Positions 1-10,419 of a stretch of 64,000 nt of DNA are shown here, piece by piece. The stretch comes from Nannocystis bainbridge (GTDB lineage Bacteria > Myxococcota_A > Polyangia > Nannocystales > Nannocystaceae), in NCBI RefSeq assembly GCF_028368995.1, contig NZ_JAQNDL010000001.1, positions 1,184,001-1,248,000 on the forward strand, in the 5' to 3' direction. Position numbers and translations under genes: made by a program. The stretch's first letter is position 1; every line of letters begins with the position of its first letter. The notes below the pieces were generated by a model. That model was given only the letters and a program-made list of their open reading frames with translations. It did no database searches and was not told the origin of the DNA.

Positions 1-2
1 TC

Positions 3-182
3 TGGACCTCGGGCTTCGGCGACTGGAATGACACCCTGACCGCCGGCGACGTCAACGGCGATGGCCGCGACGACCTCATCGCCTTCACCCAAGACCTGAA
101 CGCCGACGTCTGGGTCGCCCTCTCCAACGGCGTCAGCGGCTTCGGCGCCTCGTACATCGCCCACAACTTCTTCGCCCCGTGA
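3..182 (+). CDS. 3' end of FG-GAP/VCBS repeat protein (continues from before window)
   Basis: Frame from nt 3 reads [28 protein letters not shown]...HNFFAP*; [11 protein letters not shown] is an FG-GAP motif. Confidence 0.8.
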   Translation, partial: WTSGFGDWNDTLTAGDVNGDGRDDLIAFTQDLNADVWVALSNGVSGFGASYIAHNFFAP

Positions 183-194
183 GCCCGTGACCCC

Positions 195-221
195 AGGCCC
201 GCGTCCCCGACGCGGGCCTTT
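195..221 (+). terminator. Probable intrinsic terminator
   Basis: Perfect 11-bp stem AGGCCCGCGTC-ccc-GACGCGGGCCT just after the stop codon, with a short T run. Confidence 0.6.
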
Positions 222-578
222 GGGATTGCCCCGAAAACGTGGACACGTTGCTTATGCCGCTTGAGTCTGCGCCTGCTCTGCGTAGAAGCTCTCCTCGTAG
301 GCGATCGGGGTCGAGTAGCCGATCGACGAGTGGCGACGCTGGCGACTGTAGAACACTTCGATCCACTCCGAGATGACCGTCCTCGCGCTCTCACGGGTGA
401 GGAAGATCGTGCGGTGGACGAGCTCGGTCTTCAGCGTGCTGTTGAAGCTCTCGGCGACCGCGTTGTCCCAGCAGTTGCCCTTGCGGCTCATGCTGCTGGT
501 CATGCCTGCCTGGCGTAGGGCCTCGCGGTAATCGTCTGCTGCGTACTGGGAGCCGCGGTCGGAGTGGAAGACCAGGCC
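221..578 (-). mobile_element. IS3-family remnant (C-terminal part of OrfB transposase plus one terminal IR)
   Basis: GLVFHSDRGSQY...SMSRKGNCWDNAVAESFNSTLKTE...RRHSSIGY (252-578); end sequence TGGGATTGCCCCGAAAACGTGGACAC at 221-246; 5' part missing. Confidence 0.85.
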
Positions 579-887
579 CTCCAGGCGCATGCTGCTTTGC
601 AGGTTGCGGCGGCGGAGGCCGTCGGCTTCGCAGTTGGCGAGGACCGCGAGGGCAAGATCATCATCATGGGCGCCCTTCAACAGCCGAAGACCGACGCGAA
701 CGGCTGGGTCTTCGCGATCCCGGGTCCGATGGGCGCGCCTGTATGGGAGGTCGTTCGCAACGGGCCAGGCCAGGGGCCGGACGAGGCCGCGGGCCTCGCG
801 GTCGACGCGTGGGGCTACAGCGACATCGTCGGGAGCGAGTTTGACGCGTTGCAGCCGCGGGCGTTCGCGCTGCGCCTTTATCCGTAG
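579..887 (+). pseudogene. C-terminal fragment of a beta-propeller-like repeat protein
   Basis: Natural-looking GPDEAAGLAVDAWGYSDIVGSEF...LRLYP*; abuts the IS3 break with no convincing start. Confidence 0.4.
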
Positions 888-1074
888 CGCGTCGATGACG
901 AACGAGATCGGTGTGCGCGAGATCGAGGTCAGGAATCACGGGCGCACCGCTGGCGCGTCCTCCTGGTGACGGAGAAGGGGCCTGTCCTAACGGTCACAGT
1001 CGCGCCGCGCGAGTGCACCAGCGCGATCGTCGGCGTCGAGCGCGACCCAGCTACATGAGAAGATAGCCGCCGAG

Positions 1075-4000
1075 ATGAAGATACTGGCTGTGGACAACCA
1101 CAAGGGCGGCGGCGCCCGGGAACAGGGACGCTCCATGAAGCACGCACCGACCGACTGCAACCCGGCCTGGGAACACGCAGAGCGGCAAGCTCGCGACTGG
1201 GCCGCCCGCGTCGGCCTCGTCACCACCGACCGCGACCGCCGCCGGCTGGCGAAGATGGGTCAGGGACGCATGGCCGGCTGGCTCGCGCCGCACGCGGATC
1301 CAGGCGAGCTCGCCCTGCTCGCGCAGTGGGGTGCTTTCATCGCCCTCGTCGACGACACCTACGACCGCGACTCGCAAGCCGGGCCCGCGCAGGTCGACGA
1401 CTTGATGGATCGGCTCGTCGCCATCGTGACCCACTCCTCGGTCGACCACGACACCTCGATCCCGGCGGTCCGGGCCCTCACGGATCTATGGCCGCGCTCG
1501 GTGGCAGGGACCGCTCGCGGGTGGGCCCCGAGGTTCGCCGAACACTACCGGCGGTTCGCCGACGCGACCCGCGAGGAGGCGCGCCTGCGGGCCGGCGGTG
1601 TCCGCCTCGACCTGAAGCGGTACCTCGAGCTGCGCCGCCATACGATCACCGCGATGCCCGTGCTCGACCTGATCGAGCGCACCCTCCCGGCCGAGGCCGA
1701 CGTCCTCGACAAATTGCGGTGGATGGTCGTCGACGCGATCGCGTGGACCAACGACCTCGCCTCGGCCGAGCGCGAGCTGGCCGAGGGCACCGACAACCTC
1801 GTCAGCGTGGTCGCTCGCGAGCACCGCTGCGACCGCCACGAGGCCGCCGCGATCGTCCGCGCCATGCTCGACGAACGCATGGACGACTTCGACGACGCCG
1901 CCGCCGCTCTGACCGCCGCGGGCCCGTGGCAGGCCGGACTCGGCCCCCGCGTCGCGCTCCTCCGGGCCGCGCGCGACGGCTCACTCGCCTGGCAGGGCGA
2001 GACCCACCGCAACCGCACCGAGCCCAGCGACGCCCGCGGCCCTCGCTCCGTCCCGGGCGTCGACCCGCTGATCCGCCACCTGATGCCCGCCGTCGCCGCC
2101 GACGGGGCCGTCCGCGACCGCTGCGCCAGCCGCGTCCTCGAGACCGCGCTGCTGCTTTCCCTGCTCCGCGCCACCGATACCCACCCGGCCGAGCAAGAGC
2201 TCGCCGCCCGCTACCTGCGAGCCCGTCGCTCCGACGCCGACGCCCTCGACGCCCTCCTGATCGACGCCTGCCTCGACCCCAAGACCACCGCGCCGCGGGC
2301 CGTCGCCGCCGCCGCCGCGCTACCGCTGCCGCTGAGCCGCGGCACCGCCGGCCGCGGCCAGCTCAAGTTCGCAATGCTGCGGGTGGTGCTCCACTTGTTG
2401 TGCGGCGCGCCCGTGGGCGACCTCGAGATCCCCCCACTCTCCACGACCGACGAGATCACGACCTTCACCGAGGTTCACCGGCTCGTCCTCCGCATCGTCC
2501 AGGCGCCACACCTCCATGCGGTGTCCACCGGCGAGGTCGAGCGGCTGCTCGACCTGCTCGGCACCAGCCGCAATCGCGTGCTATGGGAGGCCAGCGCCAC
2601 GACCCACCTGCTCGGCCTCCACGCCGTGCGCAGGTTCCGTCCGACCCACCGCGTGATCGCCGACGGCCTTCTGCGCCTGACGCTCGCGCAGAACCCCGAC
2701 GGCGGCCTGCCCTTCCTCGACAGCCAGGACCTGTGGCTCGCGGCCGTCGCCGGGCTCGCCTTCCTCCACCACGCCCGCCTGCGCCCGCTCACCCGCCGCA
2801 TGGCGGCGTTCGTCGCCGCCTGGCAGGCGCGTGACGGCGGCTGGCCGTTCGCCTCCGGCATGATGCAGACCGACGTCGATACGGCGACCCGCTGCATGGA
2901 GTTCCTGCGGGCCGCCGATGTTCATCGCTACCGCGTCCAGCTCGACCGCGGCGCCGCCTACCTCGCGCGCATGGCCGGGCCGACCGGCGGGTTCCCGACG
3001 TGGGTCCGCGGCGAAGCCCCCGACCTCGACATGACCGCGGGTGCGATCCTCGCCCTCGCGCCCGATGGTCAGCGCCACCGCGACTTGCTCGTCGCCGCCA
3101 CCGACTTCGTCCTCGCCGCGCAGTTGCCCGACGGCACGTTCGAGCGCAGTTGGACGCTCAGCGAGGCCAGCGCGATCCTCCGCGTCGTCGACGCCCTCGA
3201 CGCAGTGCGCAGCAGTTCGTCCCCCGTGGTGGTCGACCGGATCGCCGCCGCGATCCAGCGGGCGGTGGCCCGGCTCGCCGCCACCCAGAACCACGACGGA
3301 GGCTGGGGCCGAACACCCGATGCGGACAGCGACGTCCTCTCGACCGCCCAGGCCCTCCCCGTCGTCGTCCGCCACGGCGACCCGGGCCACGCCGCGCGCG
3401 CGCTCGCCTATCTGCTCGCGCGCCAGGATTCCGACGGCGGGTTCACCTCGATCCCCGACCAGGTCGGGCCGCGCCCGCTGCCGTTCGACTTCCCGGTTCT
3501 GGCCGACATCCACGTCCTGACGGCCCTCCAGCGGTCCGCCGAGCTCACCAACACCGCGGCCCTCGCCGGCCGCGCGCCGCGGATCGGAGACCCTGACTGG
3601 TCCGCGCTCGCCTCGCGGATCCGCGGCGTCGTCGTGCGCCCGCGCGACCCCACGTACGAGCAGGGGCGTCTGCTCGTCAACCAGCGCTACGACGACGTCC
3701 GCCCGCAGGCCCTCGTCTACCCGGCCTGCGTCGAGGACGTCGTTGCGGTCGTGCGGTTCGCCCACGACCGCAGCGTCCGCCTCGCGCTGCGCTCCGGCGG
3801 GCACAGCTACGCCGGCTACTCGACGGGACCCGGCCTCGTGCTCGACGTCGGCTCGCTCAACACGACGAGCGTCGGCGGCGGCCGGGCCCTGTTCGGCGCC
3901 GGGGTCAAGGGCATGCAGGCCCACCTCGCCCTCGCGGCCGCTGGCGCCGGGCTGCCGCTCGGACGCTGCCCGTCGATCGGCCTGGCCGGCGTGACCCTCG

Positions 4001-4992
4001 GCGGCGGCCTGAGCGCGTTCACCCGCGCGTGGGGCCTGGCCTGCGATCACCTGCGCAGCGTCGAGATCGTCACCGCGGACGGCCGGATCCGCCGCGTCGG
4101 CCCATGCTCCGAGCCGCCCGACGACGACCTGTTCTGGGCCCTGTGCGGTGGCGGCGGCGGCAACTTCGGCGTCGTCACCTCCCTCGAGTTCGCCACCGAG
4201 GTCACCCGCGACCGCCACTTCGCCAGCTTCATCCTCACCTGGCCCGCCACCGACACGGCCGCCGTGATCCGCGGCTGGACGCTCTGGAACGCCGACCAGG
4301 GCACGCCCCGCACCCTCAGGAGCGCGTTCGAGCAGCTCAGCGACGCCGGCGCTCCTTCGCTGCCCACCGTGACCGGCACCTTCATCGGCACCCCCGACGC
4401 CCTGCAGCCTGCGCTGGACCGCCTGATCGCCGCCGTCGGCCGCTCCGAGGTCCAACGCCTGATCACCCCGTGCAGCTACATCCAGGCCGCCACCGAGGCG
4501 GAGCGGTGGGGCGGCGGGACCTGGGGCGCCCGCGTCGCCTTCGCCGCCAAGTCGCACATCGTCCGCCGGCCGATGTCCCCCGCCGCCGCCCACGACATGG
4601 CCGAATCGCTCATGCAGCTCCACAGCCTCACCGGCGTCGGAGGCGCCAGCGGCCTGCTGATCGACGGGCTCGGCGGGGCCGTCGGCGATCGCTCCGCCGA
4701 CGCGACCGCCTTCCCGCACCGCACCGCCGTCGGCGTCGTCCAATACCACTCCTACTGGACCGCGCTCACCGACCGCACACACGTCGAGCGGCGCATCCAG
4801 TGGTTGCGCGCCATCCACGCCGTCATGCAGACCCACCTCGGCGTCGGCGGCTACACCAACGGCATGGACCCCGAGCTGCGCGACTGGCCCGCCGCCTACC
4901 ACGGCGACAACTACTCGCGGCTGCAGCGGGTCAAGGCCACCGTCGACCCCGCGCAGTTCTTCGACTTCCCGCAGGCCGTCACACCGCGGTGA
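1075..4992 (+). CDS. Tri-domain fusion: class I terpene synthase + class II terpene cyclase (QW repeats) + BBE-like FAD oxidoreductase (start may be ATG 1135)
   Basis: DDTYD (1351), NDLASAERE (1750); DVDT (2872) and QW-type motifs AQNPDGG, WQARDGGW, TQNHDGGWG, RQDSDGGF; RSGGHSY (3790), GRCPSIG, LCGGGGGNFGVVT, YHGDNYSRLQRVKATVDP. Confidence 0.9.
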   Translation: MKILAVDNHKGGGAREQGRSMKHAPTDCNPAWEHAERQARDWAARVGLVTTDRDRRRLAKMGQGRMAGWLAPHADPGELALLAQWGAFIALVDDTYDRDSQAGPAQVDDLMDRLVAIVTHSSVDHDTSIPAVRALTDLWPRSVAGTARGWAPRFAEHYRRFADATREEARLRAGGVRLDLKRYLELRRHTITAMPVLDLIERTLPAEADVLDKLRWMVVDAIAWTNDLASAERELAEGTDNLVSVVAREHRCDRHEAAAIVRAMLDERMDDFDDAAAALTAAGPWQAGLGPRVALLRAARDGSLAWQGETHRNRTEPSDARGPRSVPGVDPLIRHLMPAVAADGAVRDRCASRVLETALLLSLLRATDTHPAEQELAARYLRARRSDADALDALLIDACLDPKTTAPRAVAAAAALPLPLSRGTAGRGQLKFAMLRVVLHLLCGAPVGDLEIPPLSTTDEITTFTEVHRLVLRIVQAPHLHAVSTGEVERLLDLLGTSRNRVLWEASATTHLLGLHAVRRFRPTHRVIADGLLRLTLAQNPDGGLPFLDSQDLWLAAVAGLAFLHHARLRPLTRRMAAFVAAWQARDGGWPFASGMMQTDVDTATRCMEFLRAADVHRYRVQLDRGAAYLARMAGPTGGFPTWVRGEAPDLDMTAGAILALAPDGQRHRDLLVAATDFVLAAQLPDGTFERSWTLSEASAILRVVDALDAVRSSSSPVVVDRIAAAIQRAVARLAATQNHDGGWGRTPDADSDVLSTAQALPVVVRHGDPGHAARALAYLLARQDSDGGFTSIPDQVGPRPLPFDFPVLADIHVLTALQRSAELTNTAALAGRAPRIGDPDWSALASRIRGVVVRPRDPTYEQGRLLVNQRYDDVRPQALVYPACVEDVVAVVRFAHDRSVRLALRSGGHSYAGYSTGPGLVLDVGSLNTTSVGGGRALFGAGVKGMQAHLALAAAGAGLPLGRCPSIGLAGVTLGGGLSAFTRAWGLACDHLRSVEIVTADGRIRRVGPCSEPPDDDLFWALCGGGGGNFGVVTSLEFATEVTRDRHFASFILTWPATDTAAVIRGWTLWNADQGTPRTLRSAFEQLSDAGAPSLPTVTGTFIGTPDALQPALDRLIAAVGRSEVQRLITPCSYIQAATEAERWGGGTWGARVAFAAKSHIVRRPMSPAAAHDMAESLMQLHSLTGVGGASGLLIDGLGGAVGDRSADATAFPHRTAVGVVQYHSYWTALTDRTHVERRIQWLRAIHAVMQTHLGVGGYTNGMDPELRDWPAAYHGDNYSRLQRVKATVDPAQFFDFPQAVTPR

Positions 4993-5029
4993 CGGGAGCC
5001 GCAATGCCCGGGCGGTCTGGAGCGAGTGG

Positions 5030-7576
5030 CTATCGCCACAGCACGACCAGGCCGGCGAAAGTCGCCGCGTGCTGGCGCTGGGCGTTCGCTCCCGCGGAGC
5101 TGGCGTCGCCGAGCACGTGCGCGCTGGCCGGTCGGCGATCGTACCACTCCGGCACCAACCCGTCCGGCCGAATTCCCGCTTCGAACTTCTTAAGCGCGAT
5201 CGTAAGCCACGATCCGCAACTCTTCGAGTGGCCTAGCCCGGATTTCTGACCACGGTGACGACGGAGAGCGCGGCGGTCGCGGTCATGACCTCGCGGACGG
5301 GGCCTCACGCCCGACGCTGAGGTCGTCGAGGGCCGAGCTCGGCCCAAAGCACCGACCGGACTCGTCGAGGCGGCGAGGAGCGACCGTCGCGCGCGACAAA
5401 GCGCGCGCGACGGCCGGGCCGCGTGATCAGCCCTGTGCGAGCTGAGCGACCGCTTCGTCTCGTTGGCGGCGAAGGCGGCGCTTCTCTTGCGGTGATACTC
5501 GTAGACGTGAGCGGGCAGCTCGGGGTCCTCGACGAAGTCGACGAGCTCGGGGACGCACAGCGCGACGACCTTCTCGAGGGCGGCCTTGCGTTCGGATGCC
5601 GACCGGGCGGTGCGCGCGTGCCCGGCCCACGCAAACACGTTGTCGGGTTGAACCTCGACCGCCAGCGAATAGCAGGCCGCCTCGAAGGCCGCGTCGGTCG
5701 GACCACGCTCGACGAGCGGGGGATCGCCGTAGTCGTTCCACGGCACTGCACGTACGGCTTCGGCGGACTCTTTGTCCCACATCGCGTCGAGCGCCGTTCG
5801 AAGCGAGGCGAGCGCCTCTGCGTCGCGGCCGAGCCGGTGCAGCGCGAGCACATGCCATTGGCAGCCGAGGTGATGGGTATGGTCCGAGCCCAGCGCCTCG
5901 AGCAGTCCTGCGCCGGCTTCGCGCGCGGCCTGCCAGTCGCCCTGGGCGATGGCGTACGCCACCGCGCGGTCCCAGAAGACCGCCTTGCTAGTCTCGGCCC
6001 AGCGGTCTGTCAGCGTGCTCGGAATTTCACCGATGGACCTCGCCAGGGCGATGAGGTCTTTCACCTTCGCCGCGCCTTCGAGCGTATCGACACGATCCGA
6101 TTCGAGCACCGCACGCGCCTTTCGTATGATGGTCTGGGCGCGGTGCTCGTTGAAACGAATGAGCTTCTCGTCGCTGCACAGCGCGATCAGGTGGTTGAGC
6201 GCGGACGCGCGCTCTTCGGGGGTCGGCGCCTCCGACCCGAGCTGCCACCAAAGCTCCAAGTTGTTGGGAAAGCTCTCGACGGCGTGCTTCAAGCAGCGAT
6301 GGCGAAACGCCGGCGAGACGTCGGTGGGGATCTTATTCGCGGGATAGTTCTTCATCTCGTTCCCCGAGAGCGCCGTGACCACCATCGCAAACGCCTGCTC
6401 GTCGCGACCGAGCTTGTGCAGCGCCGTGGCGAGGCGTGTCCCCACGCGCGGGCGATCTCTCGAGGGGGTCAGGCGCTCGGCAGTGGCTCCGGCTTCCGCC
6501 GCCAACGACCAGTCGTTCAGATCCTCGGCTGCGGACATGACCTCGCACCAGAGATCGGCCTCTGCGGGATGCTTCCGCGCGAGCGGCAGCGCCAGCGCGA
6601 GCTTCTCGTTTGCCCGCTTCAGCTCGCCGATGGCCTTGAGCGCCTTCTTGAGCTCCTTGGCCGGCATCTTGGGCAGCCCGACGTTCTTGGCGTTGGCATA
6701 GAGCTCGTCGTACTTCTCCTGGAGCTCCTCGTCTTCCTCGCGCGTCTCCTGATCGAGCAGGCCCTTCTTGGCGAGCGCCGTGAGCAGCTCGAGAAAGACG
6801 TCGAACGAGGTGAACTCCCGCCCGGCCCCCGTCTCGTGGTCGTAGAACAAGATCTGACCGGGCGTGCCGCCGTCGAGCGAGCCCGTGGGGTCGAAGCAGT
6901 ACAGCTGCCCGTCGCCGTCGGCCATGAACGGCACCCAGCTCTCGGTCCAGGCCCCCGCTTTTTGCCTCCACTCTGGCTTCTCGGCGAGGATGCCATTCAT
7001 CATCGACCGCGTCTTCTCGATCTCGGCGATCGGCAGCAGCCGATAACAATCGAAGAGCTCGGCCTCGGTGCCGTCGTGGGCCGTGTAGATGGCCAGGAGC
7101 GTCGCGGGCACCTCGTGCCCACGCAGGACCTTCAGCAGGTCCTCGGACGCCGCCGGACGCAGCTGCGCGGCGACCTGCTTGTGCTTCTTCCGGAGCGCCT
7201 CGAGGAACGCATCGACCGGGGGCGAGCCGGACGCGCCCCGTGGCGCCTGCGCGGCTGCTTTGGCGGCCGGCGCCTTGCTCGCGCCAGCCTTCGGCGCGTG
7301 GCTCGCGGGTGCGCTCGTTGCCCCCGCGACGCTCGGCGCGGCTGGCTCGCTCGGCCCTGTCGTCGTGGTCTCGACGTACCCCTTCTTGGTCTTCTCGGCG
7401 ATGAGCTTGGATGCTTGCCGCTGCGCCTCGTCAGCGTCGCCAAACGTCTTGTCCTTCGCGCTGCCGGCCGTGCCGACGCGCCCAAAGCACACGGTCATGC
7501 AGTCGCCCTCGACCGTAACCTCCCAGAATTTTTTCGAGGTGCCCTCGACGAACTCGAACCGACGCGTTGCTGCCAT
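5030..7576 (-). CDS. WGR domain + SMI1/KNR4 domain + TPR-like helical protein; C-terminus probably truncated near 5450
   Basis: FEFVEGTSKKFWEV...FGRVG (WGR); LRPAASED...YTAHDG...WVPFMADGDGQLYCFD...ILFYDHE (SMI1/KNR4); last ~140 aa look like read-through. Confidence 0.8.
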   Translation of the reverse strand: MAATRRFEFVEGTSKKFWEVTVEGDCMTVCFGRVGTAGSAKDKTFGDADEAQRQASKLIAEKTKKGYVETTTTGPSEPAAPSVAGATSAPASHAPKAGASKAPAAKAAAQAPRGASGSPPVDAFLEALRKKHKQVAAQLRPAASEDLLKVLRGHEVPATLLAIYTAHDGTEAELFDCYRLLPIAEIEKTRSMMNGILAEKPEWRQKAGAWTESWVPFMADGDGQLYCFDPTGSLDGGTPGQILFYDHETGAGREFTSFDVFLELLTALAKKGLLDQETREEDEELQEKYDELYANAKNVGLPKMPAKELKKALKAIGELKRANEKLALALPLARKHPAEADLWCEVMSAAEDLNDWSLAAEAGATAERLTPSRDRPRVGTRLATALHKLGRDEQAFAMVVTALSGNEMKNYPANKIPTDVSPAFRHRCLKHAVESFPNNLELWWQLGSEAPTPEERASALNHLIALCSDEKLIRFNEHRAQTIIRKARAVLESDRVDTLEGAAKVKDLIALARSIGEIPSTLTDRWAETSKAVFWDRAVAYAIAQGDWQAAREAGAGLLEALGSDHTHHLGCQWHVLALHRLGRDAEALASLRTALDAMWDKESAEAVRAVPWNDYGDPPLVERGPTDAAFEAACYSLAVEVQPDNVFAWAGHARTARSASERKAALEKVVALCVPELVDFVEDPELPAHVYEYHRKRSAAFAANETKRSLSSHRADHAARPSRALCRARRSLLAASTSPVGALGRARPSTTSASGVRPRPRGHDRDRRALRRHRGQKSGLGHSKSCGSWLTIALKKFEAGIRPDGLVPEWYDRRPASAHVLGDASSAGANAQRQHAATFAGLVVLWR

Positions 7577-7694
7577 GGCCTTCCTCTACTCCAAGACGAC
7601 CCGCCCGAGAATCATTTTTGAGGTCGAGCGGACCGCCCGTGATTTGGATCCACGATTGCTTGCTACCCAGGGGTACGGCCGGAACACGACAAGG

Positions 7695-7862
7695 TGTATC
7701 CGCGCCGAGTTCGAATTTCAACCTGCCGGACGGCGGTTCGACGCCGGACGGGTCAGCTCCGACGGCGGTTTGCTGCTGCTGCGCGAGCTGACCAAGAGTT
7801 CGGGTGTGTTTCGAAGGTTCGCGTCCTGCTTCCGAGACTACCGCGACCCGAGCCGCATCGAG
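7695..7862 (+). mobile_element. IS1380-family transposase N-terminal fragment
   Basis: FDAGRVSSDGGLLLLREL...FASCFRDYRDPSRIE. Confidence 0.75.
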
Positions 7863-7922
7863 CGGCGCGCGAGGATCCGCGGCTCCGACATCGGCCGCTG
7901 CGAGCGTTCGAGCCGGAGCGCC

Positions 7923-7952
7923 ATGACCCTTCGGACAGCTCCGAAGGGTCAT
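7923..7952. terminator. Perfect 13-bp hairpin (terminator or REP-like)
   Basis: ATGACCCTTCGGA-cagc-TCCGAAGGGTCAT downstream of the minus-strand Sel1 gene. Confidence 0.5.
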
Positions 7953-8006
7953 CGACAATTCATGCGCAGGCTCCTAGCCGGCGAAGCGGTGGTGAGCGGC
8001 CTCGCA

Positions 8007-8687
8007 TCAATTCGCGGCGCCGCTGCGCACCGCCTCGACCGTCGCCTCAGCGCCCGCGAGTTTGCCGACCAGGACGATCGCGCCGCAGCGGCCGTCGAGC
8101 GTCGCCACCGTGCGCGCGAGCGCCTTCTCGACGCAGGCGTTGGCCGCCGGCGAGCCGCCGCTGGCCGCCACGTCGCGCGTCTTGCCGCCGGCGAAGGTCC
8201 AGGTCGCCGCGAACGCTTGACCGGCTGGCGCGCACTTGTCGAGCGCGCGCCGCTGCTTCGCCAGCGACCCGGCGATGACGAGCGCGCCAAGCATCGGCAT
8301 ACCACCCATCACACCGCACATCAGGTCGCGCAGCTCGAGCCCGTCGGCGGCGATCGACCCGACCGTGAGATTGGCCTTGGCGATGAACGCGGGGCTCCTT
8401 GGCGCGCGCGCGGCCTTGGCCTGGCAGCCCTGCGCATCACCGAGCGCGCACGCCTTGTCGATGAACGCGGTCGTCGCTGCGGGATCGACGGCGACGCCGA
8501 GCCCCTTGTCGTGGACCACCGCGGCGATCAGACAGCCGACCGAGTTGCCGCGCTCGCACGCGCCGGTCGCCACGGCCAGCGCGCGCGTGGGATCCTGCGC
8601 CGCACCGCCGCTGCCGTTGAGCATGATCGTCGCCGCGCCCATGCAGGCCTCGGGATCACCCTGCTCGCACCGGGAGTCGCAGCCTAA
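8007..8687 (-). pseudogene. Sel1-like repeat protein, apparently 5'-truncated
   Basis: CEQGDPEAC...QDPTRALA...ACERGNSVGC...GLGVAVD...KACALGDAQGC. Confidence 0.7.
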
Positions 8688-8832
8688 CGAGGCCGCTGTG
8701 CGGACGTAGGGGATGGGGCGTGCGTCGAGCCGCCGAGAGTACACGTCGAGGAAGGCGCAGACCCTATATCGTCGTCGCGCACAAGCTCGGCAAGGGCTTG
8801 CGCGCGCGCGCGAGCTTTGGCAAGGTCCGCCG

Positions 8833-9780
8833 GTGCACCTTCGACGCCTCGGTCTGTTCGCAACGCTCGCACTGCTGATTACCGCCTGCGGTGAGGACAA
8901 GGATCCGCTGGCGACGGTCGGGGGCAGCGGGGCGTCGGCGTCGGGCGCGGGGCCGTCGTCGGACGGGAGCGGGGCGTCGAACTCGAACTCGGCGGGCAGC
9001 GACTCGGACGGCAGCGGGTCGGCGGGCGGGAGCACGGGCGACGATCCGACGTCGGGCGGCGATCCGACCGGCGGGGCGATGGGCGACCCGTACGAGACGT
9101 GCCAGGACTACATCGCCTGCATCGCGGTGACGACGCCGAACGCGCTGCCGGACGCGCAGTCGGGGTTCGGCGAGGGGGCGATGTGCTGGAGCGGGTCGCC
9201 GGTCGACGCGGAGCTGTGCGGGAAGGCGTGCGCGACGGGGCTGTCGCAGTACCACGAGATGTTCCCCGACGAGCCGGCGTGCGATCCGTGCGCGCTCGGG
9301 GGCGAGTGCCAGAGCGGGGCGGGGACGTTCCTGCTGGCGATCTCGACGCCGCTCGGGCGCGAGCTGCCGTTCCAGTTCATCGTCGAGGGCGCGGTGTCGG
9401 GCGATGGGCCGCTGGCGCTGAGCGTGCAGTCGCTGTCGCTCGACATGAGCCGCGTGACGGCGCCGCGGCTGCCGGTCGGCGAGGTGCACATGCTCAACAG
9501 CGACGCGTCGGACGGCAACTTCGTGCTCGCCACGGGTGCGATCATGATCCCGGGCGAGGCCAACCCGCTCTTCGGCGTCCCGGTGGTGGTCGACGCCATC
9601 CTGAGCGGGAAGCTCGTCGGGACCGACAAGTTCTGCGGGGAGGTCACGGGGGCGGTCGTGGAGCCGGTCAGCCAGCCGCTCGACGGCTCGACGTTCGCGG
9701 CGGTGCGGGTGCCGAGCGCGAGCGAGCTGCCGCTCGACGTGGAGATCGACTGCCCGGGGCAGAAGGTGACGGACCCGTGA
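8833..9780 (+). CDS. Cys-rich lipoprotein with Ser/Gly linker
   Basis: GTG start, signal ending LITAC, S/G/D-rich linker, CxxYxxC and further Cys motifs. Confidence 0.75.
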   Translation: MHLRRLGLFATLALLITACGEDKDPLATVGGSGASASGAGPSSDGSGASNSNSAGSDSDGSGSAGGSTGDDPTSGGDPTGGAMGDPYETCQDYIACIAVTTPNALPDAQSGFGEGAMCWSGSPVDAELCGKACATGLSQYHEMFPDEPACDPCALGGECQSGAGTFLLAISTPLGRELPFQFIVEGAVSGDGPLALSVQSLSLDMSRVTAPRLPVGEVHMLNSDASDGNFVLATGAIMIPGEANPLFGVPVVVDAILSGKLVGTDKFCGEVTGAVVEPVSQPLDGSTFAAVRVPSASELPLDVEIDCPGQKVTDP

Positions 9781-10419
9781 GGCGTCAGCCGGGCGGGACG
9801 CAGACCTTGTCGACGGAGGAGGAGTCGTTGTCCTCGATGCACTCGTTGAGGACGCCCTTGCCCATGCCGTCGTCGTCGGCGACGGCGTAGACGCTGACGG
9901 ACCTGAAGCGGCGCCGACGCCGAAAGATCGACCCTTCCCCGCGGTGGTGTTCTGGAAGGGCGTCGACGGCGGCAAGAGCAGGCAGGTGCTCCACATCGAC
10001 TGGAAGCCGCATTTTCTCCGCCGGGTAGGCACGCGCGCGAAGCCGGGCATGGAGTGGGCCGTTCGCCCAGAGCAGCGCAAGCGCATCAGGGGCACTGCGC
10101 CGTTATGTCTGGCTGGCGGCTTCGCGGCTACCACGACGCGAATGGGGTTGAACACGTCGAGATCAAGGTGCGCGCATTACCCAGTCCCGCACGTTTTTTC
10201 TCCAACTTGTGCCCGCCGGTGGCCTTCGCGCCAGCGGGACCGGGCCCCCCGTATCAAGCGTGTTCTTCGGTGAAGCCTCCGCCGTCGCCGGCCAGCGCCA
10301 AGGCTCACCGAATCCGGGGACGGGCCACTCGTCCCACCGGCGGACCACCTAGTCCTGCACGATGGGCCGCCTGCAGGCAGCGATCGGCCGGGAACCCGGA
10401 AAGGGCTGAAGCGCGGGGT

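Noticed and set aside
2581-5004. Long antisense or off-frame ORFs (also 5423-7621, 30673-32856, 51375-53615 and most of 10723-13233)
   Set aside because: Shadow ORFs expected in high-GC DNA overlapping well-supported genes.
9785-10400. Short ORF fragments
   Set aside because: Look like junctions of unrelated relics; no assignable product.
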